This document shows, one piece after another, positions 10,622 through 25,600 of a stretch of DNA of 64,000 bases. The position numbers and the translations under genes are program-made. A model generated the notes under the pieces. The model was not told where the DNA came from and ran no database searches. It saw only the letters and a list, made by a program, of their open reading frames with translations. Each line of letters starts with the position of its first letter. Position 1 is the stretch's first letter. Origin of the DNA: Podarcis cretensis (lineage: Eukaryota); the NCBI GenBank assembly GCA_951804945.1, contig OX638153.1, forward strand, positions 59,458,001 through 59,522,000, read 5' to 3'.

Positions 10622-13600
10622 CTGAAGAAAAAGACCACCACAGCGGGCTTTAGCAGCAGCAAAGCATGAACAAAAGGAACCCTTTTAAAAATCTATTTAT
10701 AAATAAATAATTACCATTTCTTTACAAATTTAAACACAACTTTACATCCAAATATCCTTGACTTCCCTTCCCCCTCCTCCCATCCCTGGTTCATTTTATT
10801 AACTCTTTTATGCTACATATTCTATCCCCCCCCCACCATTCTCGTTTTCCCAGTTTTATATCAAAATATTTCTTACTGCTGAATTTATTCTATTCCTGTT
10901 AACATTTTAATGTGTTTACAATAATTCAGATATTCTACATTTCTTTTCAAGTCTTCCTTATACTTTTTTTTCATCCTGATTGCTTAGTCAGAACCCAAGT
11001 TATTAATCCAAACCTCTACGCTCAATCAAAATGGCTTCATCACATCTGTACAAGGATATGTCAACCTACCTCCAATTTAATTACAGTGAGTCTCAAGGAC
11101 AGCCAAGTCGAGCACCTACAGTGTATTTAAGTTGGTACTGTTTTTTCTACGCTGTCCCCCAAGAGAAAGAGTCCTGCTCACCATTCTCCTCGTGCTGCCA
11201 CAGCTTCCTTCCGCACCAGCCGCTTCTTGTCATCCAGGGGTTTGGCCAGGGCTCGAATCACTCGTGGCTTGTAAGGTATCACCTGGTAGCAAGCAGAAGC
11301 CACCATCAATGAGGTTCCCACAGTTCCCATGGAGGTCTTAATACCTGTTTGTGCTAGCAACAGGAGACAAGTAGATCTTGGCACAAGTAAGGCAAATGTT
11401 GGAGCATCTGGCAAGCTATCGGGCAGATCCATTACTTACCACCGGAGTGGGGAGGGAGGCAAGTGCATGGAGGCACTGTAGCGCAGCAATGCGGATTGCC
11501 TGCAATATAAATGGTAGATTTAGTCTTCTGCTGACCATCCAGGAAGAAACCGGGAGTATCCAGCTGCATAAAGAGGCTACCCAGTACTCACCATAGCAGG
11601 GTTGTTTGTCAGGCTGATAAATTTGCCCACGAGTGTGTCGACGTGCAGGCTCATGACGTGCGGCGCCTCGAGCAACAGCGGCTGTAGGCAGTGCAAAGTT
11701 GAGAGCTGCACCACAAGGTCAGGACATGACAGAGCTTCCAGCAGGAGAGGTAGCAACTGGGGGATAAGAGGGTAGAGTCATGAAATCAACAGAATTATAG
11801 AGTTGAACGTGACCCTAAGGATCATTTAGTCCAACTCCCTGCAACGCAGCTGTCCCACACAAGGACTGAGCCTGCAACCTTGGCACCATGCTCTAACCAA
11901 CTGAGCTGTCCTAGCTGAAAAAAGGGGGGGGGCATCATTCTTCTCCATAATATGCCCCACCCACAAAATAATTCCCAAGAGTTCTTAGGGCCTGGTGCTC
12001 GGCACAGCTGCACACTCACCGTAGGCAGCTCTGTCACTAGCACTGGTTTGGGCAGGTGGTTCAGTATGTGAGACAGGCCTTTCAGGTAATTCGCCTTCAC
12101 ATCTAGGAAGAACAGAAGGGCAAGACTTAAATCTGTGGCTCCGAGGAGACTCATCCGAAAAGGTTATGACCATTTAGAAACTGAATAGCAAATGACCTCT
12201 ACAGAGCCTACAATGAAGACCACCTCTTGCCAGTAAAGAAAAGCCATTTGTTTGTCCCATGTAGCAGGCAGAGTAGGTGAGCTCACAGTTTTGAGCTCTC
12301 CTGCCCAAAATCATCTCCAGAAACTCCGAGGGGTCCTTGAAGAGGAAGAAAAAGGCGAGAGGCTCAGACTGCTCCTCTTGTTGTCGAGGGTTCAGAAGCT
12401 CCTACTGTCCAAAGAGGGCTACAAAAGGCAGGTCATGCAAGGAGTCCACAATTTCTGCAGACAAAAAAAATGCTAAAATGCTGCAGTAGCTTCCTCATTT
12501 CAATTTGACCATTATTCCAACTGTGCTCCTCCTGTTAATTCAGATGCTTTTCGTAAGGAATGGGACAAGAGGAAATTCTTACCAGGAGCTGCTGTGTGGA
12601 AACCCTGCACCAACTGCGGCACACACTCTGTGAAGAAGCGCTGGCGGAACATGAGGCGCACCTCAGCGTGGCAGCTCTTGCCCAGCACGTCTGGGGAGTC
12701 GGCCATGAGCAAGGCAAGGCCATCGCCCACCGCAGGGCCAAGGACCGTGTCCCCCAAAAGAATGAGGAGCTGTAAGGTAATAGACAGGAGCCATTGAATG
12801 TGGTAAGGGCACAGTGGCCTCCCTGAGGGTCCCAGGCCTTTCCCAGAAGCTCACCTTGTCCGTCAGGTGTGTGGTTAGCGGGTGGTAGCGTAGCAACAGA
12901 GCCTTGCTCACCTGCAGGGCAAAAATAAAGGAACATTGAGCTTTGTTTCTGGCAGAGACAGGAGGGATGGGGCATGGCAGAAACTCACCCAAAGCAGCAG
13001 AGTGAGCGCTTGGCTTTGATGAGGACCCTCATTTAGGCCATGCTCCAACTTGTTCATGGCCAGCTCCAACAGCTCATCTAACTGAGGCCCTGGAAAGGGT
13101 AAAGAGACTGGCTGTTTTTCTGAGCAACTTCTTGCATCAGTCAAGCAGGGCATCACTTAACACAGCCCAGCTCTGAGGTTTCACGAGCCTCTGAACAACA
13201 TCCCCAGCCCTTCAGTCCTAGGACAGACTCCATCGGTTACCTGCTGGGTGCTTGTTAACCAGTCCTGCAAAGCATTTGGCAGCAGCTGTGGCAGTGAAAG
13301 GGCAGTCACAGGAGCAGCTCAGGGCTAGCAGTTCACGTAGCAGGCGGTCTTGCTGAGGAATTGGAACCTGAAAGGAAGCCAGAGCGTGGGGAGGCATGGA
13401 GGCAACAGCAGAGCTTCAAGCTGCCGGTTCCCAGCATCACTTGCCTAGGGATCAGGCACACAAGGCAGGATGGGTAGATCTATTCTCGCAGCCATGAGGC
13501 AACCTCCCACCGTCCCCATCCCCCCCCCCCAGATCTTCCCCAGGACTCACATTCCTTGGCAGTGAGCAGACAAAAGCCATGAGGAGCGCAACAAGCCTTC

Positions 13601-16600
13601 TCTGGGCTGCCATCAGACACTGCCCATCCTGTAAAGGAAAAGAAATATTGTTTCCACTACCAAAGTCTCTGGCCACATTTCCCCATATGCAGCAGCAGCG
13701 CCTCACTCATACAAAATACCTGGAAGGGCTGGAAAGTGCTGGGAAAGGTGTTTCCAGGTTGGAAGGAAAGGTCTCCATCCAAGAAGAGGGGAACCACTTT
13801 GGAGACACTCTGGGCAGCCTGCCTGCCAGGAAGAAGAAACAAGAACACTGGTTTACAGCACATAATAATATAACAATTCATTATTTATATGCTGCCCATC
13901 TGACTGTGTTGCCCCAGCCACTCTGGGCAGCTTCCAACAAATTTAAACATCAAACTTCCCTATACAGGACCTCCTTCAGATGTCTTCTAAAAGTCAAGAT
14001 AGTTGTTTCATTTCCTTGACATCTGACAGTAGTATAGTATATTCCCCAAGGAGGGGAAGGGGAGACTGCCTGCACTTCTGTTCACCAAGTCATGCTAGAA
14101 CCTGACCTTATCCAAAAGCACAAAGATTGTGCATCACTACTTGTCACTCTGCAGGGACAGAGACCACAGGATGGCAGCAGCTGCTACTCACTCTGGTCTT
14201 AAGTGCGTACACGCACTGCTGATGACCGATACCATGGCTGATAAGGCTTCTTCCTTCAGCAGCACACTGCTTGGCAATGTATGGGAATTCTCTGAAAATA
14301 GTTATGAAGAAAAAAGGGGGGGGGGAATAAATGTGAGGGGATGGAGACAGTTCCTGGAATCCCATCAGCTGCCTTTCAGCTGGGAGCCAGTGTGGTGTAG
14401 TGGTTAAGAGCGGTAGTCTCGTAATCTGGGGAACCGGGTTCACGTCTCCGCTCCTCCACATGCAGCTGCTGGGTGACCTTGGGCCAGTCACACTTCTCTG
14501 AAGTCTCTCAGCCCCACTCACCTCACAGAGTGTTTGTTGTGGGGGAGGAAGGGAAAGGAGAATGTTAGCCATTTTGAGACTCCTTAAAGGGAGTGAAAGG
14601 CGGGATATCAAATCCAAACTCTTTCAGTTTGCCACCTGCATAATGGACACCTGACAGGGACACTGAGATTGGCCCCAAGTGGGTAAAGGCCAGCCCAGCA
14701 CAAGGGAAAGGTACCTCCCTTTCTCTCAAGTTCTAAAGTATATAGAACCCCACCTGAGCTATGGGTACTGGCCTGGTTCGGGGAGCACAGGGTCTGTGCT
14801 CATCTCCCCACCTTACCTTGCATTGCAGCCTTGACTGCTAAGCCCACCAAGAACGGCACCACAGCCTGGTGGAAGTACCAGTAACTCTGAGCATCTTGCT
14901 GGCACTCGAATGCTACCTGCTGCAGACTCTGGCACACCGACACCACAGAGTGGGTATCTGCAGGTATACTCCCTGCAAAATAAAATAAAAATCAAAAGAG
15001 CATTCAGGGTGGAGACTACCAGTTCCAATGTGTTTTTCTTTTTAAAAAAATACTAATACATTATCACCAGGGCCATTTAAAGGCATCACATTGTGTCAGA
15101 AATGGGTCATGGGCCAAAACAGTCAAAGACTGATGGTCCTAGGCTTCCAACAACAAGCTGTACTTCTGTCCCACTAATGACAGAATTATGGGACTGTAGG
15201 CACCTAAAGGTTACCAAAGCTCAGTGTACAAACAGCTCTCTACTAACCCCATCCATAGGAACAAGGAAGCTCTGCCTTACAAGGAGTCAGGCTCCTGGGT
15301 CTACCTAACTCAGAGCTGTCTACACTGACTGGCAGTGGATCTTCAGTGTTTCAGAAAGGAAGTCATGGAAACATAAATTGTAGGGTTGGAAGGGACCCTG
15401 GGGATCATCTAGTTCAACCCCCTGCAGTGAGGAATATGCAGCTGTCCCATACAGTGATCAAACCTGCAACCTTGCCATTATCAGCACCACACTTTAACCA
15501 ACTGAGCTATCCAGTCTTTTCTGGAGATGGCAGGGATTGAACCTGAGGCCTTCTCCATGTTTAGCAGATGCTCTACTACTGAGCTGCAGCCCTTCCCAAT
15601 CTTACACATCCTATTAATGAAACACAGATGCTGAGCCCTTCTGTTATTGCTGTCCCAAGCACTGGGCTAGGTTCCTCGCTTCCGAAGTATCAATAGTTTA
15701 TCATATACAATTTTTACACTACCTTGCTGAATCTGCTGGAAGTGCTGCAGGAGGACTGGAACTGTTTCCCTCACTATACTAGGGTGCGTGGACACAGCTG
15801 CTAGAGCCTGCAGGCGACGTTCCTGCTGGGATGGATTGCTGTCCTCCTGAAGCTCTGAAACAGCACACAGAACACAACAGCCAGTCAATGAATTTGTCCC
15901 TAGGGACAGGGCCATGGAGGTACCACCTTCTACCCCTCCACATGAACATGGATTTGGGAATGGTTGATTCTTCGACCTGGAGCTAACCTATCTGTCTGCC
16001 CATTTGGCCTTACTCACATACCTCAGGGCACAGAGACCGCGCAGATTCAAGTCAAAGCCCCCTGCAACGGCTCTGCCTACAATGCAGCTAGCACTCAGGG
16101 ATAGACACTTTGAACTTCTGCACAAATGCTTAGTAAAGGCAGCATAAGAGAGGACACCCACTTCCCCACAACCCGCCCACCTTGCATGCTGTACCTGATT
16201 GCAGCCCTTCTGAGAACTTCTGCACCAAGCACTTGCTGAAGGCTTGTGGATAGAGGGGAGCCAGGCGTCCGGCCGCCTCCATAGCTACCATGCTGCAGGG
16301 ATAAAGGAGTGTGTAAGGATGGATGAACTTGTTGGTCACTCAATACCGTAAAGCAACTCACAGTTCTTTATGGATTAATCTAATTTTATAATTGTAATAT
16401 TGAGCTGTGTGTGCACTACATTTTATAAAAATGTTCACTTGATTACAAGAGCTCTTTGGACAAGAACGCAGGTTAGACAGCGATGCAGACTGCCCAGGTT
16501 TTGTTAAGCTCACTCCGCCCGGGTTCATCTAAGAACTTATCAGAAGAGGGTAGGATTCTCACATCACTATAGAAACTATGAAAAGGAATCACTGGATTTG

Positions 16601-19600
16601 TTTGGGAACTGTCCTGTGACTCGCAGGTTTGGATGCACTGCGCACTGAATAGGAAATGCAGGAAGGCCAGAGGAAAAGATACAGCACTTGAAATCTTAAA
16701 ACAAACAACAGGATGTTACCAAGCTAGACATTTAAAAAAAAAAGATTTAAAGAATATTACACTATGAGGGACATTTTTATGGAAGAATGTTTAACTACAC
16801 TATTGGGTTCAGACTGAAATGAATCTGTGCTAAGAGAAGGAGGATATGAGCTCTATTCACACATTAGCATGATAAACCAAAGAATGTTTTAGTACAAAAC
16901 TTAAGATTGAAAAAAGATCATAAAAGCAGTATTAGTAAAGCCCTTCTCTTAATTAAAACACATGCAAACCTTAACAGATCAGTGTAAGACAACACCAAAC
17001 AGAAGCAGAATTTTGGATTAAGAAATGAGTAATTCATGAGACTGTATTAGAAACCTTGTCATTTGCCATTTACAGGTAGTGGACTAAAAGAATGTAAACA
17101 TTTTCAATATTTAGAAAGAGATAAGCCCAAAGACAATTCTGGGAAGTTCAACAATGCCTGCTGTTTCCCTTGCACCCACAGGGTCCAGCTTTGTTTCCAC
17201 CCCTCACCTGGTCTGGGAATCGTCCTCATGCAAGATTAACTTTGTAAGGTGATCCACAAACATCTCCACATTTGAGAGGGTCAGGAGCCCTGAAACGGAA
17301 GAGAGACTGAAGTCCAAAGCCCTTCCTTTCCCTGGTAGTAACACTCTGCTATCAGTGCCAGTTTTACTATATTGCATTCCACTTCCTAGAGGCTGCCTGC
17401 AGCCCATATAGTCCAAGTTATGCAAGGTGGGGTGGGACAGTACCTAATCTGATTCAAGTCCAGCTGTCTGGCTGCACACACATGATGGAAACAGGTCTGT
17501 GTGCACGCTAGATGGATCTGTAAAGGAATGCACACCAAGGGGAAAATCTCTAAACAAGCCGCAATTCTTCCATGACTCCTGGGAGTAACCCACAGATCAA
17601 CACATACCTTGCAGTGATCCTAGAAAGGTCAGAATCCGGATGCCAACCAACTGAAGTTGCACACTGGACTCAGAAAGTGCAGAGAACACCACGGAACACA
17701 GCGCGTCTTTGAAGCAAAGCAGTGGACTCTTGTCTGCAAGGGAGAGAAACAGGCACACAGGCAGTATCATGAGACTGACCATCCCGGGCACGAATCACTA
17801 GAAATTACAAGGTCCTTGGTAGGGGCACTTTAACTTTCTAACCCGGAGTCTGAGAGGATTGTGATCAGAATTTAGATAGTGAAGAATGAGAAACTTCCTA
17901 AAATTCTGAGTGGTCAGCAATGGTACAGATGGATTGCTCATTAAGAGCAGTCATCCACCAAGGTTACTCAACTGCAGTCACCATGTCATCCTGCAAAGAG
18001 CATTTCTACTTGGTCACTGAAAGCCAGGCTCAAAGAAACTTTGGTTCTGGAATATTTGGCTGGAGTCCCAATTGCATTGCATTTAAAGCACTCTCATGCC
18101 ACTTTAAACAGTCATGGCTTCCCCCAAAGAATCCTGGGACCTGTAGTTTGTTAAGGGTGCTGAGAATTGTTAGAAGAGGGATTGCTTGTTAAACCACTCT
18201 GGGAATTGTTGCTCTGTGAGGGGAATACTGATCTCCAAGGTGATATGATACTGCTTTAAATGTGTGTAGTTGGAACCCAACTCTTGTGCATACATTTTCT
18301 AAGACTTCTCTCACCAACCACAAGGGCTCGAATTTCTTCTGGGAAGCTATCCTGTCAAACTCTTTGTTTTTCAATTCTGTTGTCTCCGCATTTCTCTTCT
18401 CCCTATTACTGCACCTATCTCACTGCCCGCCCCCCTTCCCAGACAGGCCATTGCTAAATCCCATAGATTAAGGCGACTTTTCTCTGCAAACAACTGCTCT
18501 GGGCAAGACAGGAACATTGGAAGCCCAGGATGCTGCAGAAGGGCAGCCTTGCTGGTAGGAAACAAGAAGAATGGAGAACCATCTCACCGTCTTCCTCAGG
18601 CCCCCACTGTTGCCGCAGCTCCAAGAAACCAAGCAGCACTTCCAAGATTGTCCTGTGCTGGCTACTCTACAAGAGATCAAAAAGGGCAGAGGATGGGTTG
18701 AAGGGACTAAGACACAGAAGGAGAGACAAGATCTGCAGGTCATTGTCCTACATGGAATTTGAGCCCAAGTGTATGCCTGGGGCAGGTATATGCCACTAAA
18801 CGTCCCTTAATATGAGATTGCAATCACCTAAGCCCCTTTCACTACTCTCCACCACAAGCATATTCCGCTCCCATTTGTCCTCACCTGCTCATGCTTGGTG
18901 TACTGTTCCACCAGCAAGGGAAGTACACTGTATGTGATCCGGTAATAGGCTCGCAAAGAGGCCCCTGCAGCCGCCTGCAAGAGTTTGGCACTCGGCCACA
19001 CCAGCTTCATGTCAGGCTCACAAAGATGGTGTCTGCAATCTGAAACAGGTAAGAGCGCCTGGGAGAAACAGTATCACTCCCAATGCCACTGCAGAAATCC
19101 CAGCAAGAAATAGCACTACAGTGGTGCCTCGCAAGACGAAATTAATTCGTTCCACGAGTTTTTTCGCCTTGCGATTTTTTCGTCTTGCGAAGCACGGACT
19201 TTGGAAAAGCTTCAAAAATCACCAAAGTCTTCAAAAACCTCAAAAAAGGCTACCACACCGCGTGCTATGAGTTGCTCTTCGAAGTGAATGCACGGTTTTA
19301 AGAAAAAGGAAACAAACTTGCAAGACAAAGGAAACAAACTTGCAAGACGTTTTCGTCTTGTGAAGCAAGCCCATAGGGAAATCCGTCTTGCGAAGCAACT
19401 CAAAAAACGAAAAACTCTTTCGTTTTGCGAGTTTTTCGTCTTACGAGGCATTCGTCTTGCGAGGTACCACTGTACTTAATTCCACCAGCTTGCAAACTGC
19501 AAACAGTTTCAAAGCTTAGTGGAGAATTTGCTACCTTCCCACAAGTCAGCTCCAGTTTCCACCCCTTCCCTCCAGTCCTGTAAGCCAAATCATGGCTGCA

Positions 19601-22600
19601 ACAGCATGACAAGATATTTTTCCCTTGGGGGAAGTGGTCATTTCCTCCAAGCAGCAGTTTATGAATGAGAAATGGAAGGTCTTTCACAGGACTGGAAAGA
19701 TGCTAGAAAAGGGATGTTGCTCCAAAGGTTACCTCGCAGAATGCCTGTAAGGAAGGAATCTAAAAGATCCTCATCATCGGAACTGAGCACCAAGCGGGAC
19801 AGACATGTTGACAGAGCACGCAAAGCAGACAGACCTTCTGCTTCAATCTTCTCGCTTGCTGTCTGGAACACCTGTTGAGGAGCAGGAGGAGAATCAGCTG
19901 TACAGTGCAGACAATCCTGCAAATAATCCAGTCAGTGATCCCACAATCCAGCAAGTAAACCAGTGATCCAGCCAGTGATCATAATGAAGGGGGGTTATTT
20001 GCTTCTTTACAGATCCATCAAATATTACAACAGCCTGATAATTCACTGTAATGAAACTACTCTATTGGTCCGAATATAAGCCGTGCCTTTAAAATTCAAG
20101 GGAGGAAAAGGGAGGGGGATACCCGAATATAAGCCGCTTCCTTAAAATTCTGCATGCACTCACACTCGTTCCATTTTACCGTATATCTGTTTCAGCAGCA
20201 ATATCATAAAAGCCAATTTTTGTAAGGTCGTGAATGTAAATTTAAACCACACTTTAACTTTTCACGGTCGGAAAAAAAGTGAGGCTTATATTCAGGCCAA
20301 TGCAGTATACAGTGGTACCTCGGGTTAAGAACTTAATTCGTTCTGGAGGTCCATTCTTAACCTGAATCACCACTTTAGCTAATGGGGCCTCCTGCTGCCG
20401 CTGCTGCACGATTTCTGTTCTCATCCTGAAGAAAAGTTCTTAAACCGAGGTAATATTTCTGGGTTAGCAGAGTCTTTAACCTGAAGTGTATGTAACCTGA
20501 AGTGTATGTAACCCGAGGTACCACTGTATAATGTTTCAAGCAGTCCCCAGACACAGAGAGCAGGAACCATGTAATGGATGCACTTTCACAGAACACCAGA
20601 ACCACCTCGCTTTGGGAATCCTTGCTCCTCTCACCTCCCTACGCAGGGATGACCAAAGGCTGGGTAGGAATTCCTTCAGCTCTTTCTCCCCATAGATCAT
20701 GCAGGCAGCATTCTGCAAAAGAAAGGAAGTGGGGAGGGGGGAGAAAGAGTCAGACATGAGTCATCTGGGGTGTGCTGTTAATTTGCAGTCAAGATGCTGC
20801 ATTACCTAGAAGCAGCACCAAAGCCGCCGCCACCCCTTAAATCAGCTTTGAGGAAAGCTGCAGGAGCAGAGAGGGCTGCATGGCAACCTACTGTGGAGCC
20901 TTGATACTTTTGCTCAGTGCTCTTACCAAGGTTTGCAGGGAGTCCAGCTTGGCACTTTGTACGTCAGAGTCCATTTTCTCAATGAGCAACGGGATCAGGA
21001 ACTGTAAGGAGAGAAGATCCTGGAAATCTCAATATACTTTGCTCAGCATAATTTGGGGTTATAATATACCTCAGAAGATCAGACCAGCAGGCCTCACAAA
21101 ACAATGTAAAACCCATATAAAGAGCACAATGCAATACTCCCCACTGATACCACCTTGGTGGTGACTGGGTATTTGTGTTAGAATACTGCAGTCTGCTATC
21201 ATCTTAGCCAAAAGGGGAGTGTCCATCATTGTAGAGGGCCTAGATTCACTCATGCAGGCAGGAAGCTACCACTGGCAGTATCCACTAGAAAGCTCTGAGA
21301 GGGTCATCAGGCTCTCAGCTGCACCTGCCTGGAGCTAGTGTAGCAAAAAATCAGGAAAAAACACTCCCCACCTTTTGCATGGCATGGCTTTGGATATGAT
21401 GCTCAGGTGCTTCAGCTCTGCCCACTGCTGCCTGGCCAGGGTTAAGATTGCTCTGGCAGTTTCTAACTTTCTGACTTTATTCTAATTCTATGAGGGGCAA
21501 AATATACCTATCACGGCAGCAATTTGTGTAGCATATGGGCCATTTCAGAGAGCCATTAATCCCAGCTTTTTTAAATAAAAAAAGCAAATATTTATTTATA
21601 TCTATAAATCAAGCTCTCTGTCCAAAGTCTGATGGTAGTAGCAGTCTGAAAGATCAGTGTTGGGAAATGCAAAAGGACCAGAGAGTAAATTTACTCCCCA
21701 ACTCATATATCTGAAATAGACTGAAGTCTCAAAGTTAAGGGCAAAATTATCTCTACAATATGCTTGTTCTGGGATTAAATGCATTGGCTTATCCTAATGA
21801 AGGCTCTGACAATGTGATGCTCCCATCAAGAGAAGAAGGAATTTTCACCTTGCAACCGCTTTGCCCTTCAAAAATCTTGTCCTGAGCAGCATGAGAGGTG
21901 GTGTAAGGGGGAGGAAAGATCTGCAATCAATGTTCCCTTCCCCAACACCTATATATTCATAGAGGGCTTTTTAGGATCCAAATTGCTGTGCACCACTACA
22001 GCAACATCTTCTGTTGATTAGAATAAACTATTACAAATGGCTGCATTATGGGCCCCAGTAAGGGAAGTTTTTAATATTTGATGTTTTATTGTGCTTTTAA
22101 TTCTTTTGGAAGCCGCTTAGAGTGGCTGAGGAAACTCAGCCAGATGGGAAGTGTATGTATGTATGTATGTATGTATGTATGTATGTATTATTATTATTAT
22201 TATTATTATTATTTGTCCACCCCAACTCTGTCAATGTATTATTGCTCAACATGGTGTATCAAGATGGGAACCAACTCTGCTACAGGGTCTCAGGAAGAAC
22301 CCACAGGGCACAAAAAACAGACTTCAGCCATGATACACAATGGCCCTACCTCAGCAAAAATGGGAGTAGAGGTCAGCACTGCCCGCAGGCTGATGATCAA
22401 GTCTTCTCTCTGGATTCCATGAGGATCATTGGAGGGCTGGAACAGAAGCAAAATCGAAAGATTTAGACATGAATGTGCTGAATAAACCCATCTCCATATG
22501 GACACCCCCAGTTCCAGGCATTACACAAACTATCCTGCTCCAACACCCATATCCAAGCATTGTGGAGGGACAAAGCACCAGATTTACTCACTCACAGGGG

Positions 22601-25600
22601 TAAAGTCGATGGGGAAGTAGCAGGAAGTCACCTCAAACAACTCCTCTGCGAAGGGCCCTGAGAGGTGAAGACAGCAGTATGAGTTCTTTGTTTGACCAAA
22701 ACAGTCACTCACAAGTCTGGACATGGACTATTTAGTTGCATCTTATTTAGTGCTACCATTCTCACAGGCCACAAAGAGAGAGAGAGAGAGAGAAAGAAAG
22801 AGAGAAAGAAAGAGAAAGAGTGTGCTCCATGGCCTCAACAGCAGATATAACCTGTGGTTCTATGTTCAATGATTCCAAAGCTATGCACACTTTAACAAGC
22901 TCCCCATACAGCCTGCCTCCTCACACACCGCAGGCATGATAAGAAGTTTAACCAACCAACCAACCAACCACTGCCAACATGGGCTTCTCCACACTGACAA
23001 GGACTTGGACATACCCAATGCATAGCCCTTCACAATGATGTCTCGTACAATCTGGAAGGCTATTAACAGGTTGCGTGGGTCCTTCTCTCCATCCATCACC
23101 TGGATGAACCCGAAGGTGAAATCGGCACCCAGACCTTTCAGTTCTGCAGGAAAAAGCGTCAGGTAAGGAAATTCCCAGGGTTTTCCAGTAGGGTGTCTGA
23201 CTCAGCCCCTTCCACAGCCATCCATCTCACCTGCCTCTCGGTTGCTCATGAAGTTAGTAATGATACTGTAGATTGTATGGCGATCCGCTTGCAGCAAAGA
23301 CTGGAAGATAAGAAAAGCATAGCTGGGAAATAAAGCAGTATTACGTGAACCTGTTCCAAGCATTAGAGATTTATGGTTTTGTTCTGATCCTCTCCAGTTC
23401 ATGCTATCATACTCTGGTCCATAGATCTGGGTGCCTAATTTGCCAGAAAGACGATTAAGATACTGCAGGCAAGTCAGAAATTTACACAAACCCAGCTGAA
23501 GGCCAGGACCTTCCATAACATCCTCTCTACCTTTATTTTTAGTCTTGCTGAGAGTAGCTCCAATTACCTTAATGTCCCATGTGAAAAATCAAGATATACA
23601 CATTCACACCGGAACTAGAGGCATTTTCACAGCAGAATTTGCATACATTACCACACACAAAGGATACATGTGTCCACTCCTTTTACAAGGAGTAAAATTT
23701 CGTCTCGCCTCGCAAGACGAAATTAATCCGTTCCGCGATTCTCTTCGTCTAGCGGTTTTTTCGTCTTGCGAAGCAAGCCCATTGACGGCTTAGCGGATTA
23801 GCGCTATTAGAGGCTTATCAGTTTAGTGGATAAACAGTTAAGCGGCTTAGCGGCTTAGAAAAAGGGGGGGGGGAAGGAAAAAAAAGTCGGAAAAACTCGC
23901 AAGACATTTCGTCTTGCAAAGCAAGCCCATAGGGAAATTTGTTTTGCGAAGCGCCTCCAAAATGGAAAACCCTTTCGTCTAGCGGGTTTTCCGACTTGCG
24001 AGGCATTCGTCTTGCGGGGCACTACTGTATATTTAATTACTCAAGGCTAAGAGAAGTTGCCACGATCTCATCTTGTCCACCCACCCAACTACTCTTTCAA
24101 ATAAGGTTATTAATAAGGGCAGTGGGGTGTGGGTAAAGAATGGCAGCTAATATAGTTACTTGCCAAAGGCAACTTAACAAGTCATGATAAATTTGAACCT
24201 ATATCCAACTCCGGTGACCTATTCCCTCAGGCCATGTTTCATAGTTTTATTTATTTATTAAAGAACTATCTCTAGCCTGCCTTTCTTGGCAATGGCCATC
24301 CAAGATGACTTACAACAACGGCCCATTACAAAATATCAGTAATACAGCCATAAAACCACCAAGTCTCAGATTTTCTAATATCGTTTAGACAGTGTCAAAG
24401 AGCAGGGGATATGATTCTCAGAACTTCTGCCGTGACCCAGTGCTTCAATTCTCTTGACAGCAAGAAAATATCGATGAGCAGGTCTTAGTCAAGAGAACTA
24501 CTGTCTATTGTCCACCAAGAGGGACCTCAGGAGGTACAGGATACTTCAGGAACTAGTTTAATAATAATAATAATGAGAACAGAAAGGCTGAAGCATGGAT
24601 GTGGAACACAAAGGCAAAATTAGAGAGTCTATCAGGGCTTCTCTGACTTACCTGGACATGAACCTCCTGGAAAATGGCTTTGAGAACAGACACTGCCAGA
24701 CCTGGAGCCAACGCCACACACATACTCTAGAGACAAGGAAAGTAACGGTAACAACTCAGTACCCATCTACATGTAACAATGGCTACCGGTTAGCATGCTT
24801 AAGGCCTCAGTCTGCCCTGTATGGCATATTATCGGTCAGTGCAATGGAAACAAACAAAAGGAGCCCATCATTTAATCAATGTGACAGTGACCCAATCATT
24901 AAGAGAGAAAAGGGGGGGGGATTCACTGTTAACTAATCCCTATAAATCCCAAGTAGATTCAGAAAAGATTCTTTCTACACCAGCACCTACTACCTTAATC
25001 AGCCTGTCTTGTAGCAGCTTTCACTGGTCTCAGTTAAACGAGCCAGAGCTGTCAATCTGCTATCCTTGGGGCACCCCAATTTTCTACTACTGAGCAGATG
25101 AATAGATAGTGTCCCCAATTTTGCCACAAATTGCTATCACTAGATTATTTCTGCAAGGCTTCTTATGAAAATTATTTGCTTTTTTGCAATAATCTTATCA
25201 GGTGATCCATTCTGTATTTCTGTTTCTTTAATATATTTTGCTCCAATTTTATTGTGTTATGATGGTTTGGTTTTAACCAAGATTTAGGGCACCACATACA
25301 TATATTAAGTTGCAATATAGAAATGAATAAACGATAATGACTACCATGAAAACAATTCTCACCAGAGCTTTAAGTCCCTGCAGCACAGAAGAGATGACCA
25401 GGTGATGATCTTTCAGCCGGTTCTCATAGAACAAGACCAGGTGGGACACTGGAACAGACAAGCATTATCAGAAACTAGGGCTATGGTGGTAGTTGGGCTT
25501 AGCTAACACAAATAGAGATATCCATGGGGCATATTGGCATCCACATCAACCTCAGCATATTTGAAAGGATGAAGGAAAATGCAGAATCATTAGCGGCCAC

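Noticed and set aside
14382-14460. tRNA-like sequences here and near 15500, 26710, 27580 and 60790
   Set aside because: They are SINE heads continuing into SINE bodies; no intact cloverleaf followed by an oligo-T terminator.
19119-19472. Regularly recurring TCGTCTTGCG motifs that superficially resemble a CRISPR array
   Set aside because: Internal repeats of a MITE with TIRs and a TA TSD; both orientations and irregular spacing; vertebrate DNA.
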